A DNA stretch of 64,000 bases from Myxococcota bacterium (GTDB taxonomy: Bacteria; Myxococcota_A; UBA9160; UBA4427). The notes beneath the pieces are model-generated. The model was not told where the DNA came from and ran no database searches. It saw nothing but the letters and a program-made list of their open reading frames with translations. The position numbers were made by a program, and so were the translations under genes. The stretch is from NCBI GenBank assembly GCA_965250285.1, contig OZ252299.1, positions 1,856,001-1,920,000 on the forward strand, in the 5' to 3' direction. Below, in pieces: positions 58,628 to 64,000 of this stretch. Within the stretch, counting starts at the first letter, position 1. Each line of letters starts with the position of its first letter.

Positions 58628-61600
58628 TCAGTTCGTCGCCAGCTGAGGGTTGAGCACGATCCTCGGCGTCACGAAGATCAGCAGCTCCTTGCGGATGTCC
58701 GAGAGCTCTCGCGACTTGAAGGCCGCGCCCAACACCGGGATCCGGTGCAGGTAGGGCACTCGCGTCTCGCGCTCGGTCTTGTCGATGGTGTAGATGCCAC
58801 CGATGACCAGCGTCTGACCGTCCTTCACCAGCGTCTCGGTCTTCGCCTGGTTCTTGGCGATGGCCGGCGAGCCGGTGGGCGTGGGCACCGAGGCGTCGGG
58901 CGCATTGCGCGTCACCTCGAGGCTCATGATGATGCTGCGATCCGTGGTGATGTGCGGCGTGACCTTGAGCGAGAGCACGGCGTCGATGAACTCGAGCCGG
59001 GCGTCGCCACTTTCGAAGGTCTGGAACGGGATCGACACACCCTGCTCGATGACCGCTTCCCGGTTGTCGAGGGTCACCACGCGCGGGCTCGAGATCACCT
59101 TGCCCTCACCGGTGGCCTCAGCCGCCTGGATCTGCACGTCGACGCGCATCTTCTCGTCCAGCAGGAAGGCGCCGAAGTTCAGAGCGCCCGTCGCCGTGCT
59201 GGTGATCGGATTCGCGACCGCCACGCTGTTCTCACCCTGGAACTTGAAGGCATCGCTGCCCAGGTCCTGGCGCGGATCCGAAGCCGGATCGAAGCCGTTC
59301 TGGAGCGGCTGCGTGCCGACTCGCCACACCGAGCCGAGCTCGCGAGCGAAGTCGAGGCTGGCCTCGACGATCTTGGCTTCGATCATCACCTGCGGCGTCT
59401 GCGTATCCACCGCCTGGATCAATGCCGTCGCCTCGTCGATGACCGCGCTGATGTCCTTGATGATCACGGTGTTGGTGCGCTCGTCGATGTTGACCGTGCC
59501 TCGGGGCGACAGGAGCCGCATCACGAGGTTCGAGACGTCGTCGACGTTCGCGTAGTTGACCGGATGAAGCTTGACCTCGAGGTCCTCGAGCTTCTCCTTG
59601 TTGCGGCGCTCCTGCAGCCGGACTTCTTCCTCGACCTTGAGGATCTCGGCCGGCGCGATGCGCAGGACATTGCCCACGCGAACGAAGCCGAGGCCCTTGG
59701 TCAGGAGGATCACGTCGAGCGCCTGATCCCACGGAACGTCGACCAGGCGGATCGTGATGATGCCCTGCACCTCGTCACCCGCGATGATGTTGAGATCGGA
59801 GACCTCGGCGATGAGTCGCAGCACGTCGGCCACCTCGACATCCTTGAAGTCGAGCGAGATCCGGCGCCCCTTGTACTCCTTGCCGTCGATGAGGCCACCC
59901 TCTTCGAGGAGCTCCACCGCAGCCGGCGGCTCGAGCGAAGCGGGCGCAGCCGCACCGATCGAAACCATCCCCGCCGAGGGGTTCTCGTCTTCCCAGTTCG
60001 ACTCCGGGACGTCCTCGATCAGCGCGGGGGCGGTCGGTGCCGCATCCTCGAGCGTCTCGACGACGACCTGGTCGTCGCCCTCGGCCATGGCCGAGGCGAC
60101 CATGCCACCCTCGATCGGGTCGGCCGCCGAAGCCGGGCCAGCGTTCATTGCGGCCTCATCGGTCGCGAAGGCGGCCTCGGCGCCCGCATCCATCGCGGGC
60201 TCCGCTGCGGCCATCGCCATGCGCGCCTCCTGCTCGCCTTCGACGAACGCCGGCGGCGGCGCAGCGGCCACACCCGTGTTCTCGAAGTCGATGAAGAGGA
60301 GCGAACCGCGGCGCGTGAGCGTGGGCTCGAGATCGGGCGCACGCTTCATGACGACACGCACTTCGTCCCTCGCCACATCGGGCTGCTGGAACGTCGTGAT
60401 CAGCGAAACCGGACCAGCCTGCTGGGGCGTGATCCGCTCGGCCGCCGACGGCGCGATGCGTGCATCGAAGATGCTCACGACCACCGTCTCGGGGTCGGGC
60501 GTGTGCATCTCGTACTCGATCGTCGTGTCCGAGAGCACCGCAATGCGGTCCCGCTCGGGCGTGGTGTCGTACTGGAGACCGTAGATCTCGGCCGTCGACG
60601 AATCGCGCTCGTCGACCTCTGCGACCTCGGCGACGTCGTCCTGGGCGACCGCCGCGAAGATCTCTTCGTCCGAGACCGACTCGTCCATCATCGGGCCAGC
60701 GTCGGCCTGAGCGAAGGCATCATCGATGTCATCAGCGGTCGCCATGGCGGGCGCCGAGTCGTCAGAGACCATTGCCAGCTGCGGCTGATCGGCCGTCGAC
60801 AGCACCTCGGCCACGAGCGAGTCGACTTCCGGCGTCGTCCCCGACGAGAGCACGAGGCCCGACGTCACGGGCATGACGCGCTTGCCGGCGAAGCCCGCCG
60901 CCTGCGGACCCCCATCGAGCACCACGCGCACCTTCTCGGCGTGCGTGCCGATGCGGACGCGCGCCAGCTCGGGCGAATCGACCTCGATCTGGTTGGTCGT
61001 CACCGAGTTGGCGAGACCGGGCAGATCGACCACCAGGCGGTCGGGATCTTCCAGCTGGAAGGTCTCGGCCGAGGTGATCGTGCCGTCTGCTTCGAGGTGA
61101 ACCACGGCTCCGCCCGTCGTCGACTGCACCGACACGTTCGAGAGCTTCGTCGCCGGCGGAGCCGGAACGACTTCTGCCGCCTCGACTTCATTCGCGTCGA
61201 TCGCTTCGAAAGCCATGTCGTCCGAATCGGCTTCGGCCATCTCGGGCTCGGCCCACGGATCGTCATCGGCGGCGAGCGGCTCTTCGATCGCCTCTTCGTC
61301 GCCTTCGATCACGGCACCGATCTCGCTCACGCGGATCGCGAAACCGCCGCCGTCCGACTGCACGCCGAGGTCGGCCGCCGTCGCCAGCGCCACCTCCACA
61401 CGCACGACGGTGGCGCCGTCGCCATTCTCGAAGCTCGACGTCGAGACCTGATCGACCAGGCCGTCGTAGACCGACACCTGCTCACCCGGCTCGGCGAACG
61501 CCGCAGCCAGGCTCGTGGGCTCGGCGAGCTTGACCCCGCTGAGATCGAGCACGAAGACGTTCTCGTCTTCGAGGACGAACTCGCTGTAGGACGGAGAATC

Positions 61601-61819
61601 CAGCCCCTCGAGGCGAATCACCGTCTCTTCACCTTCGCGCTCCACGCTCACACCGGAGAGCTCCTGGAGCTCACCAGCTGCATAGTCTTCCGAGGAGCCG
61701 GAGCCGCTCGGGGACTGTGCACTCGCGCACGCGAGCACTGCGGCCGCTGCACAGATCACGAAGATCCGCAGAGCATGCCCCCCCCATCTTTCACTGATCG
61801 GACCCATCATCGAGCTCAC
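58628..61819 (-). CDS. pilQ: type IV pilus secretin PilQ (AMIN domains + secretin)
   Basis: AMIN repeats (PDRLVVDLP, VRVVLD), GRRISLDFKD, VPWDQALD, QVMIEAKIVE, SSPRVVTLDN, IPVLG, ELLIFVTPRI. Confidence 0.96.
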   Translation of the reverse strand: MSSMMGPISERWGGHALRIFVICAAAAVLACASAQSPSGSGSSEDYAAGELQELSGVSVEREGEETVIRLEGLDSPSYSEFVLEDENVFVLDLSGVKLAEPTSLAAAFAEPGEQVSVYDGLVDQVSTSSFENGDGATVVRVEVALATAADLGVQSDGGGFAIRVSEIGAVIEGDEEAIEEPLAADDDPWAEPEMAEADSDDMAFEAIDANEVEAAEVVPAPPATKLSNVSVQSTTGGAVVHLEADGTITSAETFQLEDPDRLVVDLPGLANSVTTNQIEVDSPELARVRIGTHAEKVRVVLDGGPQAAGFAGKRVMPVTSGLVLSSGTTPEVDSLVAEVLSTADQPQLAMVSDDSAPAMATADDIDDAFAQADAGPMMDESVSDEEIFAAVAQDDVAEVAEVDERDSSTAEIYGLQYDTTPERDRIAVLSDTTIEYEMHTPDPETVVVSIFDARIAPSAAERITPQQAGPVSLITTFQQPDVARDEVRVVMKRAPDLEPTLTRRGSLLFIDFENTGVAAAPPPAFVEGEQEARMAMAAAEPAMDAGAEAAFATDEAAMNAGPASAADPIEGGMVASAMAEGDDQVVVETLEDAAPTAPALIEDVPESNWEDENPSAGMVSIGAAAPASLEPPAAVELLEEGGLIDGKEYKGRRISLDFKDVEVADVLRLIAEVSDLNIIAGDEVQGIITIRLVDVPWDQALDVILLTKGLGFVRVGNVLRIAPAEILKVEEEVRLQERRNKEKLEDLEVKLHPVNYANVDDVSNLVMRLLSPRGTVNIDERTNTVIIKDISAVIDEATALIQAVDTQTPQVMIEAKIVEASLDFARELGSVWRVGTQPLQNGFDPASDPRQDLGSDAFKFQGENSVAVANPITSTATGALNFGAFLLDEKMRVDVQIQAAEATGEGKVISSPRVVTLDNREAVIEQGVSIPFQTFESGDARLEFIDAVLSLKVTPHITTDRSIIMSLEVTRNAPDASVPTPTGSPAIAKNQAKTETLVKDGQTLVIGGIYTIDKTERETRVPYLHRIPVLGAAFKSRELSDIRKELLIFVTPRIVLNPQLATN

Positions 61820-62397
61820 CCTCCCTGGCTCCTTCGAATGCGCATCTCGACGTCCTTCGTGGTCTGTTCACCAGCGAAGTTGACGTACGTTTCCTTCACC
61901 AACACCAGGTTGTCCCCGATGTGGATCACGCGGCCGTTGTTCTTCCCGATCTGGGAACCCTCATGGACGATGAACGACCGCCCACCCGGATCTGCAACGA
62001 GGGCTCGCGGCTTTCCGGTATCCCACACCACGGCGACCACCGAGAGCTGCTGCAGCTCGTAGTCGCCGAGGGGACCGAAGTCGCCGGACGGCTCCTCTTC
62101 GTTCATGTACTGGAACGACCGGAACGGGTCTCGCTTGTCCGCCGGGTCGTACGCGTAGCGCGCGTCCATGCCGCCGAAGCCTTCCTCGAGATTGCTTTCG
62201 CCTTCCTCGAGTACGGCCCCCTCGGCGGCCGCAGGCTGCCGCTTGGTCGCCAGCTTGCGCTCTCGCGCCGCCTTGGCCTGCTCCACGGCGCTCGCGTAGT
62301 CCTGCGTCGAAGGGGCCGTCACCGGCTCCTCCGCACAGCCCACGAGAAGCGCCAACAGGGCCATCGTGAATGCTGCAATGATCGCTCTCACGGTCAT
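61816..62397 (-). CDS. pilP: type IV pilus lipoprotein PilP
   Basis: LVGC lipobox, YDP..KRDPF, IGKNNGRV. Confidence 0.93.
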   Translation of the reverse strand: MTVRAIIAAFTMALLALLVGCAEEPVTAPSTQDYASAVEQAKAARERKLATKRQPAAAEGAVLEEGESNLEEGFGGMDARYAYDPADKRDPFRSFQYMNEEEPSGDFGPLGDYELQQLSVVAVVWDTGKPRALVADPGGRSFIVHEGSQIGKNNGRVIHIGDNLVLVKETYVNFAGEQTTKDVEMRIRRSQGG

Positions 62398-62402
62398 CCC
62401 CC

Positions 62403-63044
62403 CTAAGCCCTGCGTCCCGGCGTCGCGGTCGTGTCTGCCGAGGCGGTGTCACCCGACTCGGTGTTCAAGAACCGGAACGTCGTGGCCGTGCCCGTGACCT
62501 TCAGCACCGTGGCGCGTCGCCCCTCGGTCGCCACCGATACGTCGAGAGCGCCGATGTTCACGATGCGCGGAAGCCGCGCGACCCGCTCGAAGAAGCGTGC
62601 CAGGTCGTGGTACTCGCCCTCGAGCTCCAGCTTGAACGGCACCTCGGCATAGAAGTCGTGGGACAGCTCGGCCTTGCGCTCGATCGACTTGATCTGAACG
62701 CCCACCTGCTTGCCCGCGGTGCTGATGTCCTGGAGCAGATCTTCGAACTGCTTGCGATTCGGCAGCTGCTTGAGCGCCTTCTCGAGGTCGCGCTCGAGAT
62801 CGGCGACCTCCTGTTCGAAGGCACCCAGGTTCGTCGCCACGGCGCGCACGTTGTTCAGCTTGCGCTGAAGCTGCTGCGCCTGTGTCCGGAGCCGCGTGAC
62901 TTCGGTCGCCTTCGGGGCATACGACATGAAGTAGTAGCCCCCGGCGATGGCAGCGAGGATCGCTGCGACGATGCCCATGCGCGCGGCCTTGGGAATCTTC
63001 GCGACGACCTGCAGCTGCTCTTCGATGTCGAACTTCATCTCCAT
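62403..63044 (-). CDS. pilO: type IV pilus protein PilO
   Basis: TM, coiled coil, QLP, FYAEVP, G.YHDL..FF..V..LPRIVN. Confidence 0.95.
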   Translation of the reverse strand: MEMKFDIEEQLQVVAKIPKAARMGIVAAILAAIAGGYYFMSYAPKATEVTRLRTQAQQLQRKLNNVRAVATNLGAFEQEVADLERDLEKALKQLPNRKQFEDLLQDISTAGKQVGVQIKSIERKAELSHDFYAEVPFKLELEGEYHDLARFFERVARLPRIVNIGALDVSVATEGRRATVLKVTGTATTFRFLNTESGDTASADTTATPGRRA

Positions 63045-63056
63045 CGTCTGCGCTCC

Positions 63057-63638
63057 CTATGCTCCGGCCGTTTCATTGGCGGCTTCGGCGTCGGCCGGCG
63101 TGACAAGGTCGGCGGTGATCTCGAACTGCACGAGACGTACGCCACCGACGGTGCTGCCACGACCGGTCTTCACCAGGTCGACGTTCTGGAAGTAGTTGGA
63201 CGAGTTGAGACCTCGGAGGAAGTCCGCCACCACGCCGTTGTCGAGGCTGTTGCCCTTGAGCTGGATCCGCCCCGACTCAGTGCTGAGCTGAGTGAGCCAG
63301 AGTCGCTCGGGCGTGTGCGCCGCGAGCTGCTCGAGCACTCGAACCGGACCCGTGCGCGCCGAATCCAGGCCATCGATGACGTCGAGCTTGTCTTCGAGCT
63401 CGCTCTTCTTGGCCTTGAACTGCTCGACCTTGGCCTCCTGGGGCTTGTACCGAGCGATCTCGCTCTCCATCTGCTGGACGGTCTGGCGAGCACGATCGAT
63501 CTCGCCCTCGACCCGGCCGTTCATGAAGAGCGAGACGCCGGCGATCACGACGAGCCCCAGGACGAGAACGGCGACGTTCTCGCGGAGGTCGGCGACCCGC
63601 TTGGCTTCTCGATGGGGAAGAAGGTTGATTTCGATCAT
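63057..63638 (-). CDS. pilN: type IV pilus protein PilN
   Basis: MIEINLLP motif, TM, coiled coil. Confidence 0.95.
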   Translation of the reverse strand: MIEINLLPHREAKRVADLRENVAVLVLGLVVIAGVSLFMNGRVEGEIDRARQTVQQMESEIARYKPQEAKVEQFKAKKSELEDKLDVIDGLDSARTGPVRVLEQLAAHTPERLWLTQLSTESGRIQLKGNSLDNGVVADFLRGLNSSNYFQNVDLVKTGRGSTVGGVRLVQFEITADLVTPADAEAANETAGA

Positions 63639-64000
63639 CAGGCCTCGAGCCTCCGGGTGGCGAGGCCGACGCCCACGCTCAGCGAGGGGCCGATCTCATC
63701 GAGGTACTCGGTGTCGAACCCCTTGCTCGGCAGCATGCGGCCGAGGGGGTTCATGAGTTCGACGTCCAGACCGGTGCGCTCCGAGAACGCCGCGGCGAAG
63801 CCCGCCGTCTTCGAGCCACCACCCGAGAGGAGCACCCTGGTGATCCTCCCTTCGGTGGCCGTCGCACTGAAGAAGTCGAGGGAGCGCGAGATCTCGCCGA
63901 CCACCGTGTCGGTGACCGAGCGCATCGCCTGCTCGACTTCCTGGGGCACGACCTCCTGGCTCTGCTCACCGTCGGAGCCGCCGACCTTGATGCGCTCGGC
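63638..64000 (-). CDS. pilM: type IV pilus protein PilM, 5' end truncated by window edge
   Basis: EISRSLDFF, LSGGGSK, VGVGLATR; directly upstream of pilN. Confidence 0.92.
   Translation of the reverse strand, partial: AERIKVGGSDGEQSQEVVPQEVEQAMRSVTDTVVGEISRSLDFFSATATEGRITRVLLSGGGSKTAGFAAAFSERTGLDVELMNPLGRMLPSKGFDTEYLDEIGPSLSVGVGLATRRLEA

Noticed and set aside
1415..62062. Very long opposite-strand ORFs (e.g. 1415-4390, 10085-13042, 41193-44135, 58274-62062)
   Set aside because: They are antisense shadows of well-supported genes, expected at this GC content, and show no recognisable motifs.

Overview
High-GC chromosomal window, most consistent with a Myxococcota-type (deltaproteobacterial) genome. 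This taxon is inferred from the pilMNOPQ-TPR-roadblock-aroQ-TPR-ExeA gene order and from gene content. The window is mostly housekeeping. It holds (1) a minus-strand run of pheA-hisC-tyrA-rpsA-ihfB-lapA-lapB-mutS-amidase-glnD-xerD-tRNA nucleotidyltransferase; (2) a HAMP-GGDEF diguanylate cyclase, coaE and an FHA protein; (3) a complete trpE-G-D-C-F-B-A operon; (4) a patchwork of single genes (Crp-like, ccdA/tlpA, dtd, dcd, queG, exosortase, sulfotransferase, greB, a Ser/Thr kinase-cNMP fusion, POT transporter, AcoX-like NAD kinase, sirtuin, 3-alpha-HSD-like SDR, hisD, tRNA-Gly(CCC), SGNH, MFS); and (5) the type IVa pilus pilM(partial)-N-O-P-Q operon, followed by MglC-like, SgmX-like and ExeA-like motility/polarity genes. 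I found no CRISPR, IS element, prophage or defence system. The most notable signals are non-coding. A recurring sigma28/FliA-like promoter (TCAA-N15/16-GCCGAT) precedes the signalling and pilus-polarity genes. Many housekeeping genes have a leaderless-mRNA layout. There is also a ~300-nt pheA leader and a tandem-repeat-filled 5' UTR upstream of the TPR-mglC operon. All protein calls come from reading motifs by eye; no database search was run.
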